This document shows, piece after piece, positions 45,865 to 61,059 of a stretch of 64,000 nucleotides of DNA. Made by a program: the position numbers and the translations under genes. The stretch is from the human T2T-CHM13v2.0 reference genome, Homo sapiens. The stretch lies in assembly GCF_009914755.1 (NCBI RefSeq), contig NC_060929.1; one strand, written 5' to 3'. The stretch's first letter is position 1. Each line of letters starts with the position of its first letter. A model generated the notes under the pieces. The model did no database searches. It saw only the letters and a program-made list of their open reading frames with translations, and was not told the origin of the DNA.

Positions 45865-46038
45865 ATGGAAGGATACCTAATGATAGGCTTTAAATTTCTA
45901 TTATCAGGTATTTGGATAGCTTAAGCTATATCTCTCCTCTTACAGTGGAAATAAATCAACGTAGCATAGCAAATTAAAACTCAGGTTTTGGAATGACTAT
46001 AGAATAGAGTGACTTTGAACAAATAACTCTCTGAATAG

Positions 46039-46400
<362 letters not shown>

Positions 46401-47504
46401 CTCTATTGTCTCTGTTTCTTCACCTTAAAAACAGGACCAATACTGCCCCTCTTAGGGATAGGATCAGTAAACACATCCCAGCCTTGTGCTCAGTGGATGG
46501 ATATCACTCCCTAGAAGTAGCCATTAGTATTTATTAGTTTTTCTAATGCAATACCAGAATACTTTTTCCATTGAAATAAGATGCTATTTTGCAATGCTAA
46601 ATTTGTTGACATCGTTTTCCAACCCAAGAAATCTTAATAGCTTCACAACCTTTGCCTGCCCATGGTTTATCATTGCCCAATCTGCTAATTCCTTTACTCA
46701 ATGTTTTGCCAGTAAGTTGAGTATTAGTCAGACTAGTGACTGCCCCAGGGTTGTGCTTTCTCATTAGCTGACTAGTCTGCAGCCTTTCACCTCAGCCCTT
46801 CCCCTAAAGGTTGTTTGAGCAGGAATCCAACCAGCAATTACTATATTTCCATTTGCGATTAGAAAAGAAGAGGTTTTTCTTATCTGCAAACATTTGGCCA
46901 CCAAATCCCAGGAGTATCACTTATATGCCATTTGGAAGAGTCACTGGTCCTTTACTGTTTCTAGACAATGTTTCAAATGGATCATGTGGCTGAATTTGAT
47001 TCCTATTTTCAGAGAGCAAAGGATAAGCTTAGTGCCTCATAGAATTGTACCTGAAGCACTTACAGAAAGCATGTACCATGTAACCTGTCCCTAAAGAGGA
47101 GGCTTCGGTGACAATACTAATGCAAGCTCTGTGAAGCAGGGATAGTCTCTTGCTCAACCTTGTATTCTCATAGCACAATGTATGTACATCATGGTCTTTC
47201 TAGCCCCTCATTGACTCCTGGCCCAGTTGAATTAAATTACCAATCTGGAAGAAGCTAACTTTAAGACCATTTTATGTTTCCAAGATCAATTCAGGATATT
47301 AGGTTTTCCTGGGAGGTGGGGTTGGAGGGGAGATCTGACATTATTTATGACTCTGGCTAAGAGGAATGCCAGTACTGAATTAAATAAAATACTGTCAGCA
47401 TCATGTTCTCTTAGACAAAAGAACATCCCTAGAATCAATTTAGGAAAAGAAAAGAGAGTAAAGGTAAAAACAAAAACTTTCTGAGAAGTGGGATTAAGGG
47501 GCAA

Positions 47505-47665
47505 ATTACTTCACTTTTCTACATCTAATTTCTTAATCTCTAAAATAGGAGTAATGTTACCTACTTCAGAGTAGGTTATGATGAAGATTACTCAAGATAA
47601 CCTTTGTAAAGCAATAACATAGTGCCTCTCACATTTGATGACCTGAATACATGGTTTCTAAATTA
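47505..47665 (+). mobile_element. MIR
   Basis: ggcaaattacttcactt...atctctaaaataggagtaat. Confidence 0.65.
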
Positions 47666-48904
47666 TTATTATTGTTATTGTTGCTGCTGTTGTTATTTTT
47701 ACAGCCCAGTGCAGTTACCAGTATAGGTCAGGAAATCTGTGTTGTGGTTGTCATCACTATAGTGAGGATATTAGAAGATTAAAGTTGGAAAGAATGTGAG
47801 AAAAGTATGTACTCTTGAGTGACATGTATTCTTATCCCCAAATGTTCTTCTTTCATGGGGATTTTTTCTTCTTAGTTTACAACTTTCAACCACCATTAAG
47901 AAAATCTTTGGGAAAGCAGTAAGCTGAGATATGATTCTTTTGCTCTCTACTAAGTCAAGAAATGTCATCTCTCATGTGCCAAAGACATTTTGCAATTTTG
48001 TTAAAATTAATTTTTAATTAGCCAATGTAATAGAACAGATTATTTTGAGTGACTTGTCATGTGTTACTATTTCCATTAGTTACACAACTTTGTGCAAGAC
48101 TTTGAAAATGAAACACAGAATCCTGGGATTCCCTTGCTGTGGGCAAGTACACGTGCTGTGAGTGGATGTGAGGATGTCTTCTGAAGGGAGGAGAATTCTC
48201 CTCTGTCAACTTTCTATCTAGGGCAGAATATAAGCCATAGCTTGATCCTATGTTTATAAAAGAGAACACTTCTTTTTTCTTGGGACTGAGTTGAATTTGG
48301 AGACCTCAATAATGGCTAAAAAACAAGGTCAGTCCTGCAATGCATACAGGTTAGGTGGGCCCTTCATGGTAAAATGCAGGAAGCCTAAGGAATGAGACAG
48401 CCTGTGAAAAACCCTAGGAGGAGCTCCTAGGAGATATCCTCTTTAGAAGGCAGTTTTTAATATTCTCTTTTTGCATTTTAATTGCCTCCTTTCATGCCCA
48501 GTACTACAACAATCCTTTGGTAAACATTGCTGCATAGTCTTAGCTGGTACTTCAAGGAATTAGCAATGCCCATATGAGAGAATCTAATGTCCATACCTAA
48601 GGAGGAAGCAAGTTATGAGATGGTAAAAGATGAATGACTGGGAGAAAAAAAATACCAGTCCAGAGCAAGAAAGCTGGCTGGGGGTTCCAGAGATGACCGA
48701 GTAGTTTAATGGAACATTAAAGCATTCCTAAGAGAATTCTCCAAAATTTACTTAAAGATAGTAGGAGGGTAGAGAAGAATCTTGTATGACCACATTTCCA
48801 CATTGCACAGAATGGGACTATTATTATGTTTGTTTATTGTCATCATTGTTTGAATTAAAAGGAAAAATTACCCAGAAAGTGGGAGAGTTTGCCGGCATTA
48901 AAGC

Positions 48905-49291
48905 TGAATTAACTTGCTAGGGCTACCGTAACAAATACCACAGTCTGGGTGGCTTAAACAGCAGACACTTATTTTCTTACAGTTCTGGAGGCTGAGGAGT
49001 TCAAGATCAAGGTGCTGGCAGGCTTGGCTTCCCCTGAGGCCTCTCCCTTTGGCTTGCAGAGGGCCATCTTCTCTCTGTGTCCTCACACAGGGCCTTTCCT
49101 TTGTTCATGTGCATCCCTGGTGTCTCTTTCTCTTCATAAGAACTCCAGGCATATGAGATTAGGGCCCCTCCTGATGGCCTTATAACCACCTCTTTAAAAA
49201 CCTTATCTTCAGATACAGCCACAGTACTGGGGACTAGGGCTTCAACATATGAACTTGGGGGAGGGTGGGGGGCACAATTCAGCCCGTAACA
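48905..49291 (-). mobile_element. MLT1A/B-like LTR
   Basis: agggctaccgtaacaaataccacag...ttctggaggct...cacaattcagcccgtaaca. Confidence 0.8.
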
Positions 49292-51194
49292 GGTGTTCAT
49301 ACAGATGTTAAAATGCATTCATATTTCAGCCCTAAAGTGTTGAAAAACACAACGACATGATGGACATCGATGTCAGGGTAACAGCCTCTTTCCTCCTTAC
49401 TCTGATACTCTCCCTAACCCTCTGCAAAGCGTGGCATCATCTTTAACTGACTGTCTTTCTAGAAACCCTAGGCTGTCTTCTAGATGCTATTTCTCTAGAA
49501 GATTTTAATAGAGAGACCTACATTAAAGGTCACAGGAGTGGGAGGATGGAAAGGACTGCAAGGGTAAAATCAGGAAAGGAAGGAAGCTCCTGCCTCTAGG
49601 CCCAGCATGTAGGAGCACAGTTAAGAGATGACAAGTTGTGCTGCAGGCAAATCTGCTTCCTACACTCACTTCCCAAATACCTCTGGAGGCATCCAATACT
49701 TCATTCAAACGCACTCAAGGCGAAGCGCTCAAACCGTCACTGAACATTTCTCTGGCAGGTTGCCAGTACTTCATTCTTCTTGTTAATGGTGACAGAGAAA
49801 ATTACACAAAGCATCCAGGATGCTGATATGCCACTTGCTTCACAGTTTACTTCAAAGTCCCCTCAGAGTTTTCCGAATTTTACTTTCTGGAACAAAGAAT
49901 ATTATTGGCATAAGCATCAAGTATGCAGTTAATAGTGAGCAATTTCTGAATTTTTGAGTCAGAAGCAATCTGTCAGCAAGTAATAGCCAAAGGCCCTGTA
50001 GTAATAGGCTTAGTTGGCCCAGGCTTATTTCTCTAATTCACTGATTCTCTTGCATCAAAACAGCAAAAAACAAAGTTTAAAAAAATGATGATTTTTCTAC
50101 CAAGTTGTCTCCCGTGGCTTTTATTCTTATACTGTAACATGACCTGGCATTACCCTGGGCTCTCCTTTAGTCTCCTTGGTTGAGGATGACATCTAGGGAG
50201 ACCTATTTAACTCATCAAATCATAAAAGCTAGACAGAACCACAAGAAATTGTTCTGTTAAATCTCCCTGGAAGGCTTCAATGAGGCACAACCATCAAAGT
50301 TTTTCAGGGAAGAAAGGCAGTGTTGTCTGTATATTTAGCCGTCAAAAAGGTTTTCCTGTGTCAAAGTCGCTCTCCTGCCAGTGTCTGAACTTGAATTAAC
50401 TCTAAATCTTGCCAAATTCCCTGCCCCACATCCAGTCTCAGGAAGAAAGCCTGGTATTCGAATATTTTCCAACAAAATACACAAACTGAACTCTCAACAT
50501 TGACCCTGGGTTGCCTGTGAAATCTTGATTTCCAATTTCTACAGCTAGAAGAGCCCTTAGCCCAGGGCTGCTTCAGAAATCCTTGCTTAATGGATGACTC
50601 ATATGGTCAGTCCTTGAAATCTGAAGATTAATGTTGATCATAAACGTGAATTTTTGGGGAATACTCGGTAATTTTTTGAAGCCCAGTTTTTCTTATAATC
50701 TGTGAGAAACTTAGCTGCTTATTTAAAGCTATTTGCTTCTCAATTTACTGTGTCTCTGCATAGGTGATCAAACATACTTTGCTGTATTCTCCTCTTTCTG
50801 TGGTCTCCCTTTCTGCTTTCTTCCACTCAGTCTTCAGCAAAGGACCATGTTCTCAAGAACACCATCCATCCGACAGTGCCCCCTGCCTCCCATCTGGCAA
50901 CTCAGCAGTGGTATTCATTAGTCCTGGCTCTGAACTCCTGGCTTGTGCTGTTGGACCAAATAGCCAGTAAGGTTTGCTCAGTGACTTGTTGTTTGCAAAG
51001 AAAGAAACTAAGGCATGTGATCACTTAGTGAGGAGTGGGTGAAGAGAAACTTGAGCTGTACAATGTTGCCTGTTATAAGCATCGTTGTCAGCCCAGAAAC
51101 CCAGGGTTTCCAGGCCTAGAGTCACAGTGAAAATGCTTCAGGTGTCATCAGCACAGTTGAACTGCATATCCCACCCTTGCCAAACATGGTCCAC

Positions 51195-51350
51195 CTCACA
51201 CCCTTATTTCACAGGTGGGAAAACTGAGTCCCAGAGACACATGGTATTAATTTGCTTAAGTTTGCATGGTATATAGCTCATTGCTGGGAAGTTGTATGTA
51301 GAACTCAAGTCCCCTGACTTCCAGTCCAGTGTTCATTACAGTATACTGTA
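51195..51350 (-). mobile_element. MIR
   Basis: tttcacaggtgggaaaactgagtcccagaga. Confidence 0.7.
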
Positions 51351-52094
51351 TGGTCCTCAAGTACTTCTTCACCATTCTGTCCATCCCATTATGCCACCCT
51401 AGACTCAAAACCATGCAGGTCAGCTTTCTGCATGCCAAAATAACAGGTCTAAACACATGAGCTATGCATCCAAAAAGCCCGAGGGTACGCCTGTCTTTCT
51501 GTATCAGGAATTGTCCATGTTCTTTACCAGCCAGCCCCTGGAGCAGCTAAATGGCACTTGGTAGCTTTGCACATTCATCCTTCAGAGAACAAAGGAATAC
51601 AGATGACACATGATGTTGCTGGCCTCCTCAAACTCCTTCAGTGTTTTCCCTACAAAGGTTCAAACACCATGGCCCCATATTAGAGATGCTCCTTAGCCTG
51701 CCCTAAACCTCCCTGCTTGCTTTCTCCACAGTTGTTCCTTAACTTGTTCTTTCTTGTTGCTGTGCATTTGTCTCCTTGCATACAGAGTGCCCCTCCCACT
51801 TCTTCACCCAATTATGCTTGAAACTCCAGGACCCACATTCTTTTTCCCAGGCATTGCTCAACAGTCACGCCCTTCACCCTCTCAAGAAAAATTTCTACTC
51901 TGTAGAGAAAAGTGGTTCTGAATAATTAACACACTTAGTGGCCACTAGAGATGGATTCACAGCATCAGTTTGGCCACAAGCCTTGTTCCCCACCAGTTCC
52001 TCCTTCTCTGTTTATCTAGTATGATGCCTGGCATATAGCAGCTTAGTGAGTGTTGGGTGAATGGGAATTAATGAATGAATAAATGTACTTTATA

Positions 52095-52215
52095 TGCTCT
52101 GTATGTGTATGTATATGTTTGTGGGTGAGTATGTGTGTGTATATGTGTATGTTTGTTGGGGGATATATATGTGTATATGTGTATGTTTGTGTGTAGGTGA
52201 CTATGTGTGTGTATT
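52095..52215. repeat. Degenerate (TG/TA)n low-complexity tract next to an L2 3' end
   Basis: Directly visible; preceded by tgcctggcatatag...atgaatgaat. Confidence 0.75.
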
Positions 52216-52699
52216 TAAAAGTATTTGAAGTTTGAAAGCCAATAAAGCTACACTTCTTTTTTGTTCCTCCTCAACAATGAAAATTAGGAGTTCAATGATT
52301 CAACAATGAAATTAGGAGTAGAACTTAAGTTTATGGTCGGCTTAAGTAAACCACAACCCTCTCCATCCCTTCCATCTTAGAAACATCAGCTTTCTGAGAT
52401 TTCAGGCTTGCTATTTCACCCATAACTTGTAAATGGGTCCAGTGGCTCTGAGTCAGAGCCCCAGACTTCGGCTCCACTGCAAAGAAGGGCTTCATTGATT
52501 TGAAAGCCAAGCCAAAGAAATGTTTGCTTTCCTTGCAGTAGCTGACTGAATTGTGCTCCGGAGCGGTTGGGCTGCACACGTGGCCCTGTGAACTCTGCAG
52601 GGCCAGGGTGTAGCTCCATATGGCGTAGGTACTCATGATATGGCATCATGCCATCTGCAATGGCTTAGCACAATGCACCTATACATAGGAAGCTTAAAA

Positions 52700-53250
52700 T
52701 ATACTGGAGCCCTCAAATTTGCTTTTAGTGGTTGTATAAATTAGTACAATCTTTGTGGGGGTAGTTTGGTAAAAGGTTTGAAAACTTTAATTTTGCCTAT
52801 TCTTTTTCCTTACAATTTTACTTCTGGAGGCTCTAGAGGAGAAACCATTTCCTTGCCTCGCTACTGCAATGCCTACACATGGTCACAAAGATAATTTATG
52901 CAATTATTTTCATTGCAGAATTGTCTATAATAATGAGTGAGTGGAAATTACTTAAAAGTCTCTCAATATGGTACTAGTTCATTAAATTGTGGTATAGTGA
53001 AAAAAACCCAGAATACTAAGCAGACATTCAAAACAAGCGAGAGATGCATAAACTGGCATGAAAAAATGTTCACAATATGTTGTTCAGTTAAAAAAAAAGT
53101 AAGTTGCATGCAGTATATCTAAAAGAACTGGACTTTTGAAATCAAAATCATGAGATACGTATAATGTGTTATATATATAAGCAGAGAGATTTGGAAAATA
53201 AAGAGGTTATCTCTTGGCTATGTGATTTGGGAATGGTTTCACCTTCTTAA
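52700..53250 (+). mobile_element. Old L1ME 3' fragment
   Basis: tgtataaattagtacaatctttgtgg..., aagaggttatctct. Confidence 0.5.
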
Positions 53251-56200
53251 AACATTTGAACTTATTTTCCCAGTTACCTTTTGCCTTTATAGTTGGAAAA
53301 AAAGGGAAAAACAAACTTACTTCTGAAAAATTTAGTAACAGATGCTATGTAAATTCTGAAAATAAGGGAGGTCAATCATAGGTATTTGGTAAGAAACCAA
53401 AACACAAGGCATTCTTCTTTCAGAGGAAATTTAAAACCAAGAAGGAGCAAGCACCCTTTTGTTAACCTTATTATAATCAACTGCTTTATATTTATTTTCA
53501 TTTCCACAAAGTGACAGCAGTCACATAGAAATGTTTCTCAATGACATTAGAATGTCAAGACTCCACTGCGGTCTGTGTCTACTCTTTCCAGATGCTTCTG
53601 CAGTTTGACAATAAACTTAGGGAAATCTCCTAGAATTCCCAGGGTGAGGAGAAAAAAAAAGGTCTTTCTGTTATTGAAATGAATACAGGAATACAGTAAT
53701 ATTAAACAAAAGGATATTTTGAAAGTTTGGATTTAATTAGCTTGTTTATGGTTTAAATCTCTTTTTAGATGGTTCTGTTTCTGAATTTAGGAAGGTTTTA
53801 AAATGACTTCTCTTTTCTCTTTAAGTCCCTGTATCCCAATTTTTGTTTTTCTATACTTCAGAACCTAATCAATTTAGAATTCTTTACACATGCCAATTCT
53901 TTCAAGTGAGTTTAGCCTACAAAATAGTAAGATGCAATCAAACTTGTTTTTGTACATATGATTTCATATGTTTGAAAGTCAACATGCAAATATATGCAAA
54001 AACTCTCAAATTTTTTTTAATGAGAAAAACATCTCCCTGAATTTGAAATCAAGCCTTATGGGTGGTTCCAGGTGCTATGAAGTTAGGTGGCTCATGTACA
54101 TGTGTGGGTGATGGATGGCAGACACCAATCTCACTCTCTTCCTGAAGGTAGCTAAAAATCAAATATTCCAGGAGATCAAGAAGATGCAGTCAGTGGACTC
54201 TCAACAATACTTTTCTAATTGACAGGTTTTATAGATACTTTTTCAGTGAACATGGTTTCATTTACCTGAGTCAATAATACTCCCACAGGAATGAGAACCA
54301 CAAAATTATACTTTTTTAGCTTGCCTGGCAATATGATGCTTCTATTACAGAATGATAAATCCTATTACCTGTTTATTCAGAATTTCAATTTAATTCAACC
54401 TTTAGAAACACTGCTGTTTTTCTTTCTCTGAGTCTCATTTCTGTCACTGGCCATCTTCTCTGCATACAGTGTCTTCTATAATGAGGCAAGAATTTCAGTA
54501 TCTTGCAAAATTCTCTGTTTAGCGTCATAATAAGAATTTACAAAAACTTTGTTCCATTTACTTCTACTTAAAATGGCTTCCTTTTCTCCAGAATCATAGA
54601 AGTCTTATCAGCATGCTAAGCAAAGACTCCAAGCTTAAGGGAGAAAAAGAAAGAAGGGATTTAAGCGGTTGGATTATAAGATATAATGGACCGGAGAATT
54701 CTAATAGGTTTGGAGTGCTACAGATATCTCCCTGGCCCTAGAAAGGCCCAACCATCCAGAGTACTACCCAAAGTCCCACCTCCTACCCCCATACCCTCTC
54801 ACCTTCCACCCATGCACCCTTCTTTCTCATGACCCTTCCCACCTCCTAACCCTACTCACCCTCTTACCACCTGTCCACTCACCTATAAAGGTGAGCTGAT
54901 TGTAGATGATTCAGGATATGAATTAAGCTGTCCTGGGGATAAAATCTCAACTAACTACCTCTTGGCACATTCTAAGATATAAAGTGACCTTCCTCAGGGT
55001 AGAATGCAAACATCCCCTGTTCATCCCAGGCATCAAATGGATTGAGTGATTATGTTTCTGAGGACTAAGACCTCCATACGTTGGTGAAGTAAGGCCAGTT
55101 TTTTTGATGGTGAAGATTTGGGCTCCTGTTTAAACATAGTCAAGTTTCTTACCGAAGGGCCATTAAGGTCTTTTGTGAGAGAAAATAAAGAAGATTGAGC
55201 TTTTGGATAAAGCAGAAGTTGGAATAAAGTTAGGGAGGCTGGAAAGAAAAGGAAGGGAGGGGAGAAGGGAGCCCTGAACCAGGCAGAGGATCTACCAGGA
55301 GCAGCACAATCATCAAGGGATAACCAGGCAAGAGACCTCGAGGAGGACCTCTATGAAGAGATAATCATTTCTGTTGTTTTTGTAAAATATGTCAATCTAT
55401 ACAGCTCCATGTATATGTTTGCAAATGAACCTTAATATATACTCTAGGGGTGTTAATTAGCATATGAAACCCCATAATCAGAAATCCACATATGAGCAAT
55501 AGCTCCAAATATTGCTATCTAAATATGCACTAGAGAGTTTTTAATTAGGGCAAAGCATATTAGCAAATACTTTTTTTCTATTGGAATTAGAGATTTTTCA
55601 AGATAGATGTTTGATCAGGAAGATTTAGGCAGATGTTTTTCTCCTGCATTAATGAGTTATAGGAAACCTAGCAGCCTAACATCTGTGGGGGTGGTGCCCT
55701 TGATCTGGAATGCTGTTTGGTCCTGTGTTCCCTGGACACTTAGATGCGTGATTCTACCTGAAGGCTAGCTGAGCCTCATCAACATTGTTACCTTTCACTC
55801 AGCAGAAACCTTTCTTGTATACAAGGTGTGTGTTAAGACACCAGAAAGAATGAAGAGTGAGGACTTTAGCAAGTTTAGAGAATGAATTGTCTTACTGTTT
55901 TGGTACCTCATTGCTTACAAAGTGAGAGAGCACTGAGTCTATTAGTCACTATAATACATATAATTTTTTATTACAATATACACATAGGTAGAGAACTATT
56001 CGAAGAGGGCATATAGCTCTCACCTACTCTAGTAGTAGAAGGCTATGTTTACCAGAAAAACCTGACACCTGGAAAACATCTGCTTGGCTTAACTGAAATC
56101 TCAAAAGAGGAAACTGCTGAAGAACCCAGCAGTGAAGTGAAAGTAAAGTCCTTGTCTGTCAACTGTCAGGCTGTATGTGAAAGGAAACCTCATTTCACAT

Positions 56201-56854
56201 TGCCAGCATGCATTGGACAAATGTGAGGCAAGGTGCACAGGAGTTGCTGCACCTCGACTTGGGGAGAGCTGCAGGAACTATCTTGAGTCCTCTGCTGGCC
56301 CTTGGACACATACTATTTAGGACTGAAACTTCTTTGATCCTCAGCCGATTTTGGTGCAGACCCTCCAGCTCTTGGGTCTCCTGGATCACTCTTCCTCCAA
56401 ATCTAGGGAGTGTCCGCTCTGACATCTTGGACTGGCCAGTTATGTATGAAAGGTCAGTTAAGTGTGGGGATTGGGAAAAGATGGTCTCATAAGGGGTGAT
56501 GTTCTGGTGACAGTATTTTTCATAAGATAAAATGCATTTCCATTATGAATGTTTAGATTAGAATGATTGGAAAAAGAAGGTATCAAGGATAGGCAGTGTG
56601 GAAAAAAAGGCCAAGTTTATGGGAATACCAAACAAAATAAGAACACAAAGAGCACAGTAGAGTCATTATCAACCATAAGTGCAGAAGGGTCATTTTGTCA
56701 ATGAAGTATTCAGATAAAAACCAGACAAGTTCTGTTTTATGTATCCAAGACAACTAGTATTGTTGATTGGGAGCCTAATTTGTGCATCTTTATTCTGGAA
56801 TTCTCTTTGATATGGCTTTATTATTTTTAAAATATATAACTATTTGTTGTTTGT

Positions 56855-57660
56855 TTCCCCAGGCCTGGAAAACTTACATTCATGGGTTAGAGAAAGCTGA
56901 CAATAAGATCACTAATCCACCACAGATAATTGTTGAGAAACCAACCGTGAAGACCAGGGACAGTACTAGAGGATGTGGTAGAGGAGGAGGATAGCATGAA
57001 GGGAGGAAATGACCTAACTTTATAAAAGAAAATAAGGCAGATATTGAAGAATGAACACTAGTGAATGAATTTAACGTTGATCTCTGGGGATTCTCCTGAG
57101 CAAGTGGTGAGATAGGAGATGATCTTTTAGAACCTGTCTGCACTATAAGGAGAAGTAATGCCAGACTGTTATTTCCTCTAAGGCTATGGTTAATCAACAG
57201 GTGGATGGGGGTACTGTAGACCTAGTGAGTCTGGACTTATGGCACTGGATAATGTCTAAGTTCTGTCCTTGGTCAAGACAGAGAAACAGAGGCAGCAGCT
57301 TTGAAAGCTGGTCTTTGGACTGATGCCAAAACAGCTGCTTAAGAGTCACCTAGGGATGTTGTTAAATAGTTCAAGATGCCTGTGGCACAACCCTTTAGGC
57401 TAAAGAGTGAAGTCCAAAAATCGAGTTTTAGTAAGCCGTCCAAATAAGTTCCATGTGCAGGCAGGTATGACATCCCTGAAGGGAGCCGATTTATGGACCA
57501 AAGACAAACTGAAGAGAGTCTTCCCAAAGTGCCATATGGGGTTCTGTTTCAGTCAACATTCTTATCAATACCTTAGATAACAATGACAAGTTTATCAAAT
57601 CCAAGGATGATATGAAACTGGAGAAGAGAGCAGAGTTAGGATCCAAAATGATTTCATATT
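56855..57660 (+). mobile_element. L3/CR1 ORF2 fossil
   Basis: Frameshifted SPGLENLHSWV (CR1 SPGPDxLHPRVL), VDLVSLD (VDVVYLDF), NILIN.LD..IKS.DD.KL. Confidence 0.65.
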
Positions 57661-58980
57661 AAGTCAGATAAAAACCAAAGATTAGGTTAAAAACAAGTCT
57701 GTCAGTAAAATTTCCATATCAACTGTGACTTCCAGTAACATAGGAAACATCCAAAATTCATTTTAATATTTGTAATATTAGAAAATCAATGAAAAAGAAT
57801 GCAGGGATCTAGCTATGGTCAAAGATCTTTAGGCCTGGGCAGGAAGTTGATTTCATATATTGAGAGACAAAGAGTCAATCATGTGATCATTTTGGCAGGA
57901 ATAAGAGAGTCGCAGATTTCTGTGAATAGACTAAGGAAGAAATAGGTAATGTATATGGCTTAAATCCAAAGATGTAGGCCATGTGCCACACCTTCCTTGA
58001 ATTTATGGAATCAAATATAAATGAGATTTATTGCATCCCATTTAGGGCCCAAGCCAAAAATTCTGATCATTAGTACCTACTTTAACTAGGATGGTACTAT
58101 CCCTCCTTAAGAGATAAGCATCTTTCAAACTCAGAATTGCAAATTAAGTAGAGAAATATTTTAGAAAATTAAAATCCAGCGATATTAATACTTTTGAATT
58201 ATGGAAATAATATTCAATTTTTATTGTAATGTTTAGAAATTGCACTTGAGTGATAGCATTGTAACTTCAATTTAAAATATCTAATTAAGTAATTAATTCA
58301 GACTTCTGGTTTGCAGTGAAATTCTTACTATATATATACTACTGTGGCACTTAAGAGAACTCAGAGTTCACGATATTTATAAACTTAATTTATTAGATTT
58401 ATATAGATTACTTCGTCCTTGGGAAAGTTTGCCAATCAGGCAATTGAATTACTCTAAAGAGAAATAAAATGCATTAAACTTATAAATGCAGTATAAAATA
58501 TGTGAAAGTGTTTAATTAACTAGTTTTTAAATGGGATCAAGTATTGTTCAAAGGCAATTAGAGTGATTGCTAAAAGTGCTAGGCATAACTAGAATAAGAG
58601 GATTTGTAAATTGAACTTAAAGCTTAAGGAAGAATGAGGTTATTAAAAATTGGTGACTTTAATAAAATGAATATCAATTTTTCAAAATAAAATAAATGAC
58701 TGAATAGTCTTTTCTAGGTAGAAAAGCTGTCTTTGGGTGAAACAAAAAAAAACTTCCAGCAGTTTGTCCAGGGTGGAGATGGAACTTCAGCAAGTATGAA
58801 AGTGTCCTGGCTGGAGGTCGAGTCCTCAAGGCTCCATTGGAGATTACAGAATGCTGAACCTGCCAAGAGCTGCTGCAATCTTAGGCTATGAGGAGAGGAG
58901 AATATGCAGAGAGGAAGCTGATTGCCTGCCTCCGTTCTACACTAATCTGATCGCTTAGTCTTTTATGATCACTCCTGGGA

Positions 58981-59028
58981 AAAACAAACAAACAAACAAA
59001 CAAACAAACAAACAAACAAAAAAAAAAA
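58981..59028. repeat. (AAAC)n microsatellite
   Basis: Directly visible. Confidence 0.95.
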
Positions 59029-61059
59029 CCTGTCTTTAAGACCAGCTGTTGCGAATTCTCCTGAGCCAGCGTGATCATTCACTGACTCTGAGGTTCTTTG
59101 TTTATTTTTGTAGATAATGGTAGGTACTTTGGTAGATAATAGTTCGTGATGGGTGGGTTAGTGATATTACCCTCTCACAAAATCCCTACCAGGTTATAAC
59201 AAAAGCAGGTCTCCAACCAAATTCTGCCACACATCTCCCAGACGTTTATTAAACAAACATCTATTGATAAGGAGACCCCAAAGAGTTCACACAATCTGAA
59301 ATCCCAGCTCTCTGTTCTTTTATGTAATCTGACCATACTTTTTCATAAAGAAATCACTAGAAGCAGATGTGACAGTATTTCAGTGGCAGAAATCTATAAG
59401 TCTTATGGAACAGCTGGCTTCTAAAACTTAACTCTCACAAGGATACAGGATTAGACTTGTAAGGCAGTTTAGCAGAACCTAACAAATTCTCAAGAGAAAA
59501 GAGCCTGAGACACAGACAGAGACACAAGTCTTGGTTCAAATAGTGGCTGTCACCATGCACTGACTGGGGAATATTACACAATCTCTTTTGCTTTCCATTT
59601 CTTTATAGGAAAGGTAAGGATAATAAAAACTACCTATTTTGAATGTTGTGGGAACTAAAAAATATAATGTACATAGAGTCACATAGTCAGAACTTTTTAA
59701 ATGTAAAGGTATTATTGCCATTGTTTCATGTGGTTCCAGAGGGAGAGCTATTGATAACATTTATGAAGGAGAATAGAAATGAGTCAATTCAAAGGGAGAA
59801 TTTTCTGGAAATCATAGTATTATAAAACAGATTAAGTTATCTTTTGCCGAAATAAATTTCTATCAAGGGCAGTACCCAAGGAGAAGCTATTCAAGGTCTT
59901 AACAGAAACAAATATTTCAAAAGAGATTTATGCTGAGGGCAGAGAATTAGATAGATGTCTCTACTGCTCTCCAACATAGAGATTCTGGGATATTGGCCTA
60001 TTTTCATTCCTTGTAGGTATAATTTAGATCCTGTTCATCCATGTGTATTCACAGGAGGGCTCTCTAGCCTTGCAGTTTTATAGATTGAGAACTTAATGTA
60101 TAGGAATCACTTTTTCTTCTTCTAACTTTATACCCTTTTTCTTAAGCACAGTCAGCATTTATTTGGCACCTTCATTCCTAAGCAGTGTAAATAATTCTCT
60201 GCTTTTATTCACCAATGAAAGTGCATACACATTCACCAGTCTCACATTTTGCATTTCCCAATCTACAACCTAGTCACAAATGCCTTCAAACAACCACACC
60301 CCTGCTGTATTTGTGTTAAAGGCTACGTCTCTACTGAAACAATAAAACCTTGTTTCTGGAATTAAAACTGTGCCCTGGGGTGCCTCTCTAGCTTTCTGCC
60401 ATTTGTACTTTTATGTTATTTGATTCTTGCACAATTTTTGTATATTTACCTGCATCCCTGCTCCTTTTTCCACCTGAAAAAGCTACACTCAGCTCTTGGC
60501 TTACAAGATTCCCGCTATAATATTGCTATCTATAAATAAATCACTTCCTGACCATCCCCCACCAAGCCTAAATCTTGGACCCCACCTCTGACTTTGCTTT
60601 GGTGTACTGTTCATCTTTTCGACTTCTTGGTTATATTTCACCTCAGGATTCCCCTGACACTCCAACCCGTTTGTTAGTTTCATGGTAACTTTTAACAAAT
60701 TATAACCAATTTTAACCAGCTCATAGTGTTTCTTGTGCCCACTGCTTCATGCATGATGAGCCAGAGGAATCCCTTCGTCCTTGATGAATAGACTAATCAT
60801 AGAATCATATAAATGATTTAAAAACATTTAAATATTTTCAGCATCAATAATAAATAAGCACAGAGGCAAGAGGGTACTATTTTTCACCTACAAATTTAGC
60901 AGAAATTAAAAACCAGTTGTGCACTCCACACCTGATGAAGGTGTTCTGGGACAGGCATCCATGCCTACTCTATTGATAAAGAGTTTAACGTGGTATACAC
61001 TTTTGGAAAAGCAGTTTGCAAAACTGTAAAAGAAAACATGACAGATGCATATAAGAAAT

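Noticed and set aside
56861-57000. Apparent plus-strand exon after tttccccag
   Set aside because: Sequence is CR1/L3 ORF2 fossil.
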